48,346 nucleotides of DNA from Candidatus Saccharimonadales bacterium (lineage in GTDB: Bacteria; Patescibacteriota; Saccharimonadia; Saccharimonadales; Saccharimonadaceae), in NCBI GenBank assembly GCA_051305895.1, contig JBPPME010000105.1:1-48346 (forward strand), in the 5' to 3' direction. The translations under genes were made by a program, and so were the position numbers. Each line of letters begins with the position of its first letter. The first letter of the stretch is position 1. The notes under the pieces are model-generated. The model made no database searches and had not been told where the DNA came from. It was given only the letters and a program-made list of their open reading frames with translations. Shown here in pieces: positions 8,079 through 16,819 of the stretch.

Positions 8079-9842
8079 ATGGCACTCCTTACTACAGAGT
8101 CTCAAGATAAGCTTGTTCAATTCCTCGTCGACGAGGGATTGCTTACACGAGAAGTGATTGACGCGGCGAAAGCTGAATCAACACGAGAAAGTAAGCCACT
8201 GCTTGCCTATCTTGTCGAGAAACGGCAGCTTGATAATGAGACATTGACACATGTGACAGCGGAGGTTTCAGGGTTACCATATGTGAATCTCTCTGGCGCG
8301 CTAATCGATCAGAAAATCTTGGAACTTTTGCCGGAGGAGATTGCCGAGCGCTTCATGGCAGTACCAATTGCAGAGGTTAATAACCGTCTCGCGGTAGCTA
8401 TGGTAGACGCCAACAACGTGCAGGTTGTCGATTTACTTTCAAGTCGTATTGATCGACCACTCAAGATTTTCATGTCATCACAAGAAAGTGTACGTCATGT
8501 TCTTGATCAGTATAAAACTGACCTTTCAGACGTTGACAAGGCTGCAGAGGCATCAGAAACGGAAGCCCAACAGTTTGCACAAAAAGATATCAAAACAATC
8601 GTCCAGGACTCACCAATTAGTCGTGCACTAACGACTATATTGGAATACGCTGTCAAGACAAAGGCATCAGATATTCATATCGAACCACTCGAGAAAATGC
8701 TTAAGATTCGCTGTCGCATCGATGGCGTCCTACGTGAAGTAATGTCGCTACCAAAGTCCATCGAGCCAGCTCTCGTGAGCCGTATCAAAATTCTATCTAG
8801 CCTCAAGATTGACGAACATCGGATTCCACAGGATGGGCAGTTTACTGTCAACTTAGCAAACAAGGGAGTCGACCTTCGTATCGCGATTAGTCCAGTAGTT
8901 TGGGGTGAGCAGGTGGTTATTCGTCTCCTCGATAAGTCAGGCAGCACGTTTGACCTTGAGGAGATGGGGTATGCTGGTCGTGCACTGCGGACAATTCGCA
9001 AAGGTGTTACGGCGCCGAATGGCATGATTCTAACGTCTGGTCCAACTGGCAGTGGTAAGTCGACCAGTCTCTACGCACTTATTAAGGAGATTAAGGATGA
9101 AAGCATCAATATTGTCACTCTCGAGGATCCAGTCGAATATAAGATGGATGGGGTTAATCAGATTCAGGTAAACTCCGAAGTTGGACTGACATTCGCCTCA
9201 GGTCTTCGCTCTATCTTGCGTCAGGATCCAGATGTTGTGATGGTGGGAGAGATTCGTGACTCTGAAACAGCCAACTTGGCAGTTCAAGCGGCATTGACGG
9301 GACATTTGGTATTCAGTACACTACACACCAACTCAGCGGCAGGTGTTTTACCGCGTTTGCTAGATATGGGCATTGAGCCGTTTCTAATCGCAAGTACCGT
9401 CCGCACGGTAATCGGCCAGCGTCTAGTACGTCGCGTAGCTGCGAAACGCGACTTATTCTTTTCGAATCCAATAGAAACACAGAGTATTAATCAGGCAGTG
9501 GGCCACATTCTACCGAAGACACCTGAAGAAGTGACGCGTATCTCAGAGGATCTCGGATACAAAGACTTGCCAGTGGCGGGCCAAAAAGCTTATACTTTAG
9601 TCAAGGGTAAGGATTCATCACTTAGTCCAAATGGCTATTCTGGCCGTGCCGGACTGTACGAAGTGATGGACATTACCGAGGAAATTAGAGAACTCATCGT
9701 AAAGCGCGCGACCAGCTCTGAGATTCAGACGATGGCGCAGCATCAGGGTATGATTACGATGCGTCAGGATGGCTATTTGAAGGCACTGACAGGACTTACA
9801 ACGATAGAAGAAGTTAATCGCGTGGCTGCGGATGCAGCATAA
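8079..9842 (+). CDS. pilB: Type IV pilus assembly (extension) ATPase PilB, GspE family
   Basis: N-terminal GspE_N-like domain, Walker A SGPTGSGKST, Asp box, Walker B DPDVVMVGEIRD and His box TGHLVFSTLHTN. Confidence 0.92.
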   Translation: MALLTTESQDKLVQFLVDEGLLTREVIDAAKAESTRESKPLLAYLVEKRQLDNETLTHVTAEVSGLPYVNLSGALIDQKILELLPEEIAERFMAVPIAEVNNRLAVAMVDANNVQVVDLLSSRIDRPLKIFMSSQESVRHVLDQYKTDLSDVDKAAEASETEAQQFAQKDIKTIVQDSPISRALTTILEYAVKTKASDIHIEPLEKMLKIRCRIDGVLREVMSLPKSIEPALVSRIKILSSLKIDEHRIPQDGQFTVNLANKGVDLRIAISPVVWGEQVVIRLLDKSGSTFDLEEMGYAGRALRTIRKGVTAPNGMILTSGPTGSGKSTSLYALIKEIKDESINIVTLEDPVEYKMDGVNQIQVNSEVGLTFASGLRSILRQDPDVVMVGEIRDSETANLAVQAALTGHLVFSTLHTNSAAGVLPRLLDMGIEPFLIASTVRTVIGQRLVRRVAAKRDLFFSNPIETQSINQAVGHILPKTPEEVTRISEDLGYKDLPVAGQKAYTLVKGKDSSLSPNGYSGRAGLYEVMDITEEIRELIVKRATSSEIQTMAQHQGMITMRQDGYLKALTGLTTIEEVNRVAADAA

Positions 9843-9856
9843 AAGGATGGGGAAAT

Positions 9857-10927
9857 ATGGCAGCTCAAGCGTTAAAAATCGAATTATTGCTCGAAGAGGT
9901 AATAAAAAAACGGGCATCCGACCTTCATTTACAGGTAGGGGTGCCGCCAATGCTACGTGTTGATGGTTCGCTCGTGCCAATCGCCGGCTATGATACACTG
10001 GATGGCGCGGATGTTGAGAAGTTGGTATTCTCTATTCTCGATCAAGATCAGCAGCAGGTTCTTCTCAAAGACAAAGAGTTCGATTTTTCATTTGCTTTTG
10101 GTACACTTGGTCGCTTTCGTGTAAATGCCTTCCACGAGCGTGGTAATATCGCAGGTGCGTTGCGTCTGATTCCAAATGAAATCAAATCAGTCACCGAGCT
10201 TGGTATGCCAGAGGTGGTGATGGGATTCGCTGATTTTCCTCGCGGTCTTGTACTAGTCACTGGTCCTACGGGATCCGGTAAGTCGACCACTCTCGCGGCA
10301 CTGATCGATAAGATTAATACTGAAAAATCACACCACATTATTACCATTGAAGATCCGGTCGAATTCACACATAAGTCGAAACAATCGGTCATTGTCCAGC
10401 GTGAAGTGCACTATGACACTTACAGCTTCTCAGCAGCGCTTCGCTCGAGTCTTCGTCAAGACCCAGACGTGGTACTTATCGGTGAGATGCGTGATCTTGA
10501 AACTATCTCAGCAGCTATTACGATCGCTGAGACGGGACATTTGGTCTTTGCAACACTACATACTAATTCAGCAGCGCAATCGATTGACCGTATGATCGAC
10601 GTCTTCCCACCACACCAGCAGCCGCAGATTCGTGCGCAGCTTTCGAACATCCTTATGGCAATCGTCTCACAACGTCTCGTGCCATCGATCGGTGGTGGGC
10701 GAGTAGTTTCTGCCGAGATTCTTGTGGCTAACTCTGCTGTGCGCAATATTATCCGCGAAGGCAAGAGTCACCAGCTCGATGCCGTCATTCAGACTGGTGC
10801 AGATCAGGGTATGCAAACAATGGATCGTACACTTGCTGCACTTGTGCAAGCTGGTACGGTAACTTATGACAATGCGCGTGAGTTTGCGGTTGATTTGCAA
10901 GAATTCGATAGGTTGATGAAGGGATAA
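9857..10927 (+). CDS. pilT: Twitching-motility (retraction) ATPase PilT
   Basis: ASDLHLQVG.PP..RVDG, GPTGSGKSTTLAALID, DPDVVLIGEMRD, TGHLVFATLHTNSA and AVRNIIREGK, which is PilT-specific. Confidence 0.92.
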   Translation: MAAQALKIELLLEEVIKKRASDLHLQVGVPPMLRVDGSLVPIAGYDTLDGADVEKLVFSILDQDQQQVLLKDKEFDFSFAFGTLGRFRVNAFHERGNIAGALRLIPNEIKSVTELGMPEVVMGFADFPRGLVLVTGPTGSGKSTTLAALIDKINTEKSHHIITIEDPVEFTHKSKQSVIVQREVHYDTYSFSAALRSSLRQDPDVVLIGEMRDLETISAAITIAETGHLVFATLHTNSAAQSIDRMIDVFPPHQQPQIRAQLSNILMAIVSQRLVPSIGGGRVVSAEILVANSAVRNIIREGKSHQLDAVIQTGADQGMQTMDRTLAALVQAGTVTYDNAREFAVDLQEFDRLMKG

Positions 10928-10930
10928 TCC

Positions 10931-12142
10931 GTGAAAAAGTTTGAATACCAGGCACGCGACCTCAGTACAAGTAAGATTGTTAAATCGACCGTTCAGGCTG
11001 AGTCTGAGAATGCTGCTGGTAGACTGCTTCTTGATCAGGGATTTTCACCAATTTCCCTGAAAGAAGTTACCGAAGGTAGTGGATTTTTCGGTAAGTTGGG
11101 CAGTCGCGTTACGACGAAGCACAAGATTGTATTCACTCGCCAGCTGGCCACATTGATAGGTGCTGGGTTGCCGCTTTCGCAGTCGCTCCATACTATCCTT
11201 ACTCAGACTGACAACAAAACGCTGAGAGGGGTAATCGAGGCACTGGTTGCTGACATTGAGGCGGGTCGTTCACTAACAGAGGCATTCTCCAAGCATGATA
11301 AAGTTTTTAGTAAAGTATTTTTGGCGCTCGTGGCGGCTGGTGAAGCTTCTGGTACGCTCGATGATTCACTTCGACGTATTGCCGACCAGCAGGAAAAAGA
11401 TGCCGAAATATCAGGTAAAATCAAAGGTGCGTTGACGTACCCAGTGATCGTCCTCTTCGTCATTGGTGGTGTGATGGGATTCATGCTTTTTACAGTGGTG
11501 CCGCAAGTCGAAAAACTATACGAAGATCTTAATAAGGAACTCCCGATGCTGACACAGATCATGGTAGACACCGCCAGCTTTATTGAGGGTAACGGTTTAC
11601 TGGTGCTTCTAGGAGTTGGTGTTGCAATTTATGGACTGACGCGATATCTTAAGACACCTGCTGGTATTAAATTTTCAGATACCTTCAAGCTTGCTGCACC
11701 ACTCTTTGGACAACTCTTCCAGAAGCTCTACATGGCACGTCTCACGCGTACGGCTCAGACATTGCTGGCAACCGGTGTGCCGATGCTCGATACGCTTAAC
11801 ATTACTGCTGATGCAGTGAATAACGTCACTATTGCCAAAGGAGTCCACAATGCAGCGGACAAGGTAAAGGGCGGTAAAGCGCTCTCTGAATCAATCGAGC
11901 CAGAAGATTACATATTGCCACTTGTGCCGCAGATGATTAAAATCGGTGAGCAATCTGGCAAGATGGATGAAATGCTCGGAAAAGCAGCAAAAGTCTATGA
12001 AGATGAGCTTGATGCTCAGATCCGTACAATCTCGACATTAATCGAGCCACTGCTTATGGTGGTTCTTGCAATTGTTGCCGGTGGTATGGTAGCGGCCATT
12101 CTCTTTCCAATCTACGCGCTGGTCGGCGAAATTCAGACCTAG
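10931..12142 (+). CDS. pilC: Type IV pilus platform protein PilC (GspF family)
   Basis: Two GspF repeats (FTRQLATLIGAGLPLSQSL and MARLTRTAQTLLATGVPMLDTL) and 3 TM segments. GTG start. Confidence 0.9.
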   Translation: MKKFEYQARDLSTSKIVKSTVQAESENAAGRLLLDQGFSPISLKEVTEGSGFFGKLGSRVTTKHKIVFTRQLATLIGAGLPLSQSLHTILTQTDNKTLRGVIEALVADIEAGRSLTEAFSKHDKVFSKVFLALVAAGEASGTLDDSLRRIADQQEKDAEISGKIKGALTYPVIVLFVIGGVMGFMLFTVVPQVEKLYEDLNKELPMLTQIMVDTASFIEGNGLLVLLGVGVAIYGLTRYLKTPAGIKFSDTFKLAAPLFGQLFQKLYMARLTRTAQTLLATGVPMLDTLNITADAVNNVTIAKGVHNAADKVKGGKALSESIEPEDYILPLVPQMIKIGEQSGKMDEMLGKAAKVYEDELDAQIRTISTLIEPLLMVVLAIVAGGMVAAILFPIYALVGEIQT

Positions 12143-12236
12143 AAAAACCTATGGACAAATACCCTGTTGACGTATATGATAGATGCAAGCGCTTATGCTT
12201 AATCAGATAACGTTCATAGAAAGGTGGAAAAGTTCC

Positions 12237-12728
12237 ATGAATACACAACTGAGTACAAAATCTAAAGGTTTTACCATCATTGAGGTGGTCTTGGTGCTTG
12301 CAATCGCCGGACTTATTTTCTTGATGGTGTTTATCGCTTTACCAGCGCTTCAGCGGAGCCAGAGGGATACGCAGCGTAGAAACGACGCTTCGACGTTTGC
12401 CAGTCAGCTTGTTAGCTATCAAACGAATAACCGAGGAAACTTACCGACGGGCGGATCGGCTGCCTCTGCGCAAACATTCGCTACCAACTATCTGAAGTGG
12501 AAATCAGACATGACTGGAGAATTCAATGACCCTTCAAGTGGGAAGGGCTACATTTTCGTGAATACGCCTGCTGATCTGGACGCCGCCGGTGAAGTCTACT
12601 TCGGCGGCGCAGGCTCATCATGTAATGGCGAGACGCCTGTAGCTCCTTCTGCCACAAACGATCAACGAAATGCCGCCGTTGCCTTCAAGCTTGAAGGCTC
12701 TGGTATCTTTTGCAAGTCAGTGAAGTAA
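12237..12728 (+). CDS. pilA: Type IV (major) pilin with a class III signal peptide
   Basis: MNTQLSTKSKG|FTIIEVVLVLAIAGLIF has Gly-1, Phe+1 and Glu+5. SD aaaggtgg lies 8 nt upstream of this ATG. The upstream extension to 12183 in the ORF track is not pilin-like. A terminator-like hairpin follows. Confidence 0.85.
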   Translation: MNTQLSTKSKGFTIIEVVLVLAIAGLIFLMVFIALPALQRSQRDTQRRNDASTFASQLVSYQTNNRGNLPTGGSAASAQTFATNYLKWKSDMTGEFNDPSSGKGYIFVNTPADLDAAGEVYFGGAGSSCNGETPVAPSATNDQRNAAVAFKLEGSGIFCKSVK

Positions 12729-12777
12729 CTGAACTGAATCGAATAGGATTGCCTGATTAATCGGGAATATAGCAAAG

Positions 12778-12806
12778 AGGACTGTGCAGGTGCGTGGTCC
12801 TTTTTG
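12778..12806 (+). terminator. Weak intrinsic terminator after pilA
   Basis: aggac-N14-gtcct followed by tttttg. The stem is only 5 bp, so it may allow read-through or attenuation. Confidence 0.35.
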
Positions 12807-12938
12807 TTTGCGTTTCGCATGAGGCTTGAAAGTGGCTTGCACTGTGTTGACAATCGCTAGTTATTAAGGCGATTTTCCTATCATACTCCGTCCTTTACTG
12901 GGCGGAGTATGACGTTAATCTATGCTATGCTAGAGCGT

Positions 12939-13832
12939 ATGGAATGGGTGAGTAGTCTCAGTATTATAGCATTTGGACTCTTAATGGGCAGCTTTCTAGG
13001 TGCACAGGTCTGGCGCCTACGAGCACATCATCTTGTCGAGGCGCAAGAATACGGCGAAGACTACGATAAGAAAGAATATAAAACTCTCGTATCACTCATA
13101 AAACGTGATGGTAAGGTTGACCGCTCACAGTGTTTGCATTGTGGTCATCGACTTGCGTGGTATGATTTGTTACCACTTGTCAGTTGGATTAGTACGCGAG
13201 GCAAGTGTCGCTACTGCAAGCGACCAATTGGGACATTTGAGCCATTGATTGAAATTGGAACAGCGTTATTTTTCACACTGTTGTTATGGATGTGGTATCC
13301 TGCGCTGTCGACGGGAGACTGGCAGGTTATTAGTGGGTTTGTTCTCTGGCTTGTCGCTGGTTCATTGCTCGCGATACTTTTTGCGTATGACCTGAAGTGG
13401 CGCCTGTTACCAGACAGCATCGTCTTCCCCTTAATGGTAGTGGCGGGGCTTGTTGCCGAGTTACATATCATCCAAGCACCAGATGCGACACAGGCGGTCA
13501 TGAGCCTGAATGGAGCTGTACTGATTCTCAGTGGCCTCTATCTGGCATTGTATTTGATTGCCGAACGATTAGGACGGACATGGATTGGCTTTGGTGATGT
13601 CAAACTAGGATTTGCGTTGGCGCTATTGCTTGCCGACTGGCGACTGGCATTTTTAGCATTGTTCCTCGCTAATCTTATTGGTTGTATTATCATCTTGCCA
13701 TTTATGGCCACGGGGAAGGCATCACGCGGCACGGTAATTCCATTCGGGCCATTTCTTATCGTCGGGGCGGTGATTGCTGGCCTCTATGGCGAGGTGATTA
13801 TCAGCTGGTATCTCTCATTGCTTATTATCTAA
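12939..13832 (+). CDS. pilD: Prepilin peptidase / N-methyltransferase PilD (peptidase A24)
   Basis: The Zn-finger-like CLHCGHRLAWYDLLPLVSWISTRGKCRYCKRPI is present, along with both catalytic Asp regions (AYDLKWRLLPD and GFGDVKL). Start candidates are 12909, 12927 and 12939. TGcTATGCT at 12923-12931 favours 12939. Confidence 0.88.
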   Translation: MEWVSSLSIIAFGLLMGSFLGAQVWRLRAHHLVEAQEYGEDYDKKEYKTLVSLIKRDGKVDRSQCLHCGHRLAWYDLLPLVSWISTRGKCRYCKRPIGTFEPLIEIGTALFFTLLLWMWYPALSTGDWQVISGFVLWLVAGSLLAILFAYDLKWRLLPDSIVFPLMVVAGLVAELHIIQAPDATQAVMSLNGAVLILSGLYLALYLIAERLGRTWIGFGDVKLGFALALLLADWRLAFLALFLANLIGCIIILPFMATGKASRGTVIPFGPFLIVGAVIAGLYGEVIISWYLSLLII

Positions 13833-13881
13833 GAGAAGGCCTATATATTCCGCTACTATGCTTATGCTATAATTGCAGCAA

Positions 13882-14616
13882 ATGGGTATGGGCAGAAGAA
13901 AGAAACAGTTTGGCTTCACTATCGTTGAGGTATCGTTAGTGCTCGCCATTTCCAGCGCCCTAGCAGTTGCTATACTTGCTACCGCGACAATTTCTATCAA
14001 CCAGCAGCGGTACAATGATGCGGTTATGACCCTGCTTTCAAGAATCCAGCGAGAATATGTGGCGACAACCAGAGTAGTCAACGGCGGCGAAGACGGGGCA
14101 CTTGGTACGTGGTGTAATGCTCCACGAGGAACGACTGAGTGTCTCATTCTGGGACGCTTCATAGCGATTAATAGCGCGGGCACCCAGATGACTACTGGTA
14201 ATATTTATGGCATTCCTCCAACAACGGATAATCTTCCCTCTGGTGATATCGCTGCCTTACAGACATACAATTTTGAGTCATCATATGATACAGAATCGAC
14301 GAGTACATTGTCTACACAGGCATTGCCATGGAACGTGCGCATTGAGTTGCCAGAACGAACTGGTGATAGTACCTTGAACATTCTCATGCTTCGCTCGCCG
14401 CTGAGCGGGAGTGTGCTGACGTTTGTCGGTACTAGCGATAAGATCTCTGGAGATGATACAGGCGATCTTGTCAATCTAGATTACATGGTACAACGAACGA
14501 TGTGTATTGATGCGCAAGGACTTTCACCAGGCCCGACAAATGCTGTGGTGATCCGTGAACGGGCGAGTAGTCCGAATGGTGTTACGCAGCTCTTGGAGGG
14601 TAACGGATGTTTGTAA
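13882..14616 (+). CDS. Minor pilin / pseudopilin with a prepilin-type N-terminus
   Basis: MGMGRRKKQFG|FTIVEVSLVLAISSAL. TGcTATAAT at 13865-13873 lies 8 nt upstream of this ATG. The ORF track begins at a TTG inside the -10 box. Confidence 0.7.
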   Translation: MGMGRRKKQFGFTIVEVSLVLAISSALAVAILATATISINQQRYNDAVMTLLSRIQREYVATTRVVNGGEDGALGTWCNAPRGTTECLILGRFIAINSAGTQMTTGNIYGIPPTTDNLPSGDIAALQTYNFESSYDTESTSTLSTQALPWNVRIELPERTGDSTLNILMLRSPLSGSVLTFVGTSDKISGDDTGDLVNLDYMVQRTMCIDAQGLSPGPTNAVVIRERASSPNGVTQLLEGNGCL

Positions 14617-15242
14617 TAGAGCAGCATCGTCAACGAGGAGATACGCTGATCGAAGTAATTATGGCTTTTGCCGTCTTTTCTCTTGTTGCCGTAGGAGCGT
14701 TGATGTTGATGAATCGTGGAACGGCCGCTGCACAAGCAGCACTTGAAATCACGCAAACGCAAAAGGTCATCGCTTCACAAGAGGAGGTACTAAAGTATCT
14801 TCGTGATGCATATACTACCAATAAAGATGCGAGTGGTCCGAGTGCGGCTATGCGTGATATTTTGGCGAATCGCCTAGTGACGATACCGAGTCAATTCTCT
14901 AGGGAGCAATGTCCAGCATTAGGAGCGTTCCCTAATCGCGCTTTCGCGCTTAATCCTTCAAGTGACTTCGCTACTCCAACAAGTGGAATTATTACGACAC
15001 TCAACTCTATGGATGACGTAGGAGCGCCAGCATTCCCGCAGATCAATACTGCTGGGATGGGCTCGTCATCTGGTGTTTGGATTGAGGCGGTACGAGGCGA
15101 CACTGAGACCAATGCACCGGCCTTTATTGATTTTCATGTACGTGCCTGCTGGCTCAGTCCTAGTAGTGGCATAATAACGACAGGCACCACATCGCGGCTC
15201 TATATGCCGTATCTAGGTACTGTTGCTGACGAAGACGAATAG
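14607..15242 (+). CDS. Minor pilin-like protein with an atypical +1 residue
   Basis: QRG|DTLIEVIMAFAVFSLVAVGALML keeps Gly-1 and Glu+5 but has Asp at +1 instead of Phe/Met. It overlaps the preceding gene by 10 nt. Confidence 0.6.
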   Translation: MFVIEQHRQRGDTLIEVIMAFAVFSLVAVGALMLMNRGTAAAQAALEITQTQKVIASQEEVLKYLRDAYTTNKDASGPSAAMRDILANRLVTIPSQFSREQCPALGAFPNRAFALNPSSDFATPTSGIITTLNSMDDVGAPAFPQINTAGMGSSSGVWIEAVRGDTETNAPAFIDFHVRACWLSPSSGIITTGTTSRLYMPYLGTVADEDE

Positions 15243-16035
15243 TTGAGGGTGGAGTAGTCGATGGATCTACTATTGGTAGTGTGACTGGACTGCGGAACCA
15301 TTAATATTTGACAAGTATGATGATTGCTTGGGATAACACCTTTGGTGTAGGTGCAAATGAGGCTATGGGACTCCAGTATTATAAAGTAGGAAATGTAGAC
15401 ATAAATTAGTAGCTCAACGAAGTGATGTAATAAGTTGTAGTTCTACTGGATAACTAGTCTAAGTTTATCTTATTGGAGTACATGGAAGTACGAGCTTATT
15501 TATTGTAGCTTTAACGGATTAGTCTATACTGATCTATGCTCAACGAGGGTGATATACAGGCCGTACCCCTTAATGTGAGTGTCACGATTACGGCTAAGAA
15601 AATTCCAGCAGCTACTGATAATAACGCCCCTTCTTGTATTAATATAGAAGGCTCGATAAGAATGGTTCTGCCATCACAAAAAATGGTCAGCCTCTATAAC
15701 TGATTCTTCATACTCTGTGGCCTTCAATAGTTATTGTTGCATAATACCTATACTATGGCCATGACGGCACCTGCTTGCTATGGATGAACATCATTTTTTC
15801 ATTTGTCTTCTGTCGACGATAATGGCGCTGTTCGTATCTTTGTTATTTTGATTTTGGCTGAAGAAGTAGTATGTAGTTCCGCCACCGCGGCTAGAACAAA
15901 TAGACTGATAAGCAAGATTAGTATGTTTCATTTCATATCCACTACTATATAGCTATAACACTACTTATGCTTATTCCAGTCGCAGCTTACTATAAGTGTT
16001 AGGATACTGTTGTATAGAATGATATAATTATGCTT

Positions 16036-16815
16036 ATGTTGAATAGGTTGGGCGTACGCAGGGGATATAGGGGCCGAGGGTTTACTATTATTGAGCTGAT
16101 GCTCGCTATGTCGTTCGTATCAGTCTTGCTTATAGCTGTCGCAATACTCAGTATGAATCTCAGTCGTATTTATGCGCGTGGCATCATGTATAAGGAATTG
16201 AACCAAACCGGATCGGAAATCGTTGATGATATTGAACGGACCGCACGTTCATCAAACGTTACTGATATTAAGTACATTAATACTAACGAATTTAACCGCT
16301 TATGTCTTGGCCGGTATAGTTACGTATGGAATGAGATTACTGATTCAGCGCCAGGTTCGTCACGAACAAATACGACAGTTAGTGGTGCAACAAGTCCGAT
16401 TCGTCTCATGAAGGTCGCCGATTCAACTCAGAGTTATTGTGTGAATCCTGAGGGTACGGATACTGTTCCATCAACAGACAATACACAATTGCTCGGTGTC
16501 GAAGGTAACAGAGAGTTGCATGTATACAATATCTCAATGACACCGCTAGTTGATGCTGACGGTGATACAGCCACACCGATGCTCTCCGCTGCTCCAGAGG
16601 CGCTCAATGCCAATAAAGGACTCTACACTCTCCGTATAACCTTGGGAACTGGTGATATTACTCAGATTGATCTTACTGCCGATCCGCAATGTCGTCCCCC
16701 ATCGGCTGACATTGATACAGATTTGACAACAAGTGCTGGCGACGAGTACTGCGCTATCAATATCTTTACAACAGTAGTACTGATAGGTAACTTATATACC
16801 AGGGAAGGGAATTAG
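16036..16815 (+). CDS. Minor pilin with a prepilin-type N-terminus
   Basis: MLNRLGVRRGYRGRG|FTIIELMLAMSFVSVLLIAV. TGaTATAAT at 16020-16028 lies 7 nt upstream of this ATG. Confidence 0.7.
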   Translation: MLNRLGVRRGYRGRGFTIIELMLAMSFVSVLLIAVAILSMNLSRIYARGIMYKELNQTGSEIVDDIERTARSSNVTDIKYINTNEFNRLCLGRYSYVWNEITDSAPGSSRTNTTVSGATSPIRLMKVADSTQSYCVNPEGTDTVPSTDNTQLLGVEGNRELHVYNISMTPLVDADGDTATPMLSAAPEALNANKGLYTLRITLGTGDITQIDLTADPQCRPPSADIDTDLTTSAGDEYCAINIFTTVVLIGNLYTREGN

Positions 16816-16819
16816 GATT

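Noticed and set aside
12183-12236. The upstream extension of the major pilin ORF (MQALMLNQITFIERWKSS...).
   Set aside because: The class III signal peptide begins at the internal ATG 12237, which has a good SD. The extension overlaps the promoter-like GCTTATGCTTAAT element.
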